64,000 nucleotides of DNA, from the IMG/VR virus record IMGVR_UViG_3300025715_000361, positions 1 to 64,000 of that record; one strand, 5' to 3'. How positions within the stretch are numbered: the first letter of the stretch is position 1; every line of letters begins with the position of its first letter. Of this stretch, positions 63,959 through 64,000 are shown piece after piece. Below the pieces are notes generated by a model. That model had not been told where the DNA came from and ran no database searches. It saw only the letters and a list, made by a program, of their open reading frames with translations. A program made the translations under genes and the position numbers. The stretch comes from a virus. Lineage: Duplodnaviria > Caudoviricetes.

Positions 63959-64000
63959 TTCTTTTTTCGCCTGTCTCGTGCCGCTTGATTTGCGAGAAAT

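Overview
The window looks like most of one tailed dsDNA phage genome; no host housekeeping flank, integrase, rRNA, tRNA or CRISPR array is recognisable. A + strand late/structural arm (about 9.4-51.4 kb) carries terminase, portal, scaffold, an N4-gp56-type major capsid protein, adaptor/fibre genes, lysis genes, a three-domain glycosyltransferase and a 3209-aa polyvalent protein. Minus-strand early/accessory arms (1-8.5 kb and 51.4-64 kb) carry small hypotheticals, a minimal ligase, Gp88, DUF932, recombination nucleases and many sugar-modifying and radical SAM enzymes. The arms diverge from a 1-kb non-coding control region at 8.4-9.4 kb. The strongest unusual signals are five. (1) The terminase intein has no in-frame endonuclease; an HNH gene lies inside it on the opposite strand, with its own sigma70-type promoter and RBS written into the intein coding sequence. 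(2) A G-T-[A/S]-G-T peptide tag occurs in at least ten structural-arm proteins, beside a GTS-repeat fibre and a TibC/Aah-like protein O-glycosyltransferase, suggesting virion-wide protein glycosylation. (3) Two early promoters have sigma54 architecture with a shared paired palindromic upstream site. (4) A helically phased array of DnaA-box-like 9-mers lies in the control region. (5) A second antisense HNH cassette is flanked by two versions of the endolysin 3' end. All family assignments come from motif recognition by eye, not database searches. The host is unknown; an anaerobic, sigma54-rich bacterium is only an inference.
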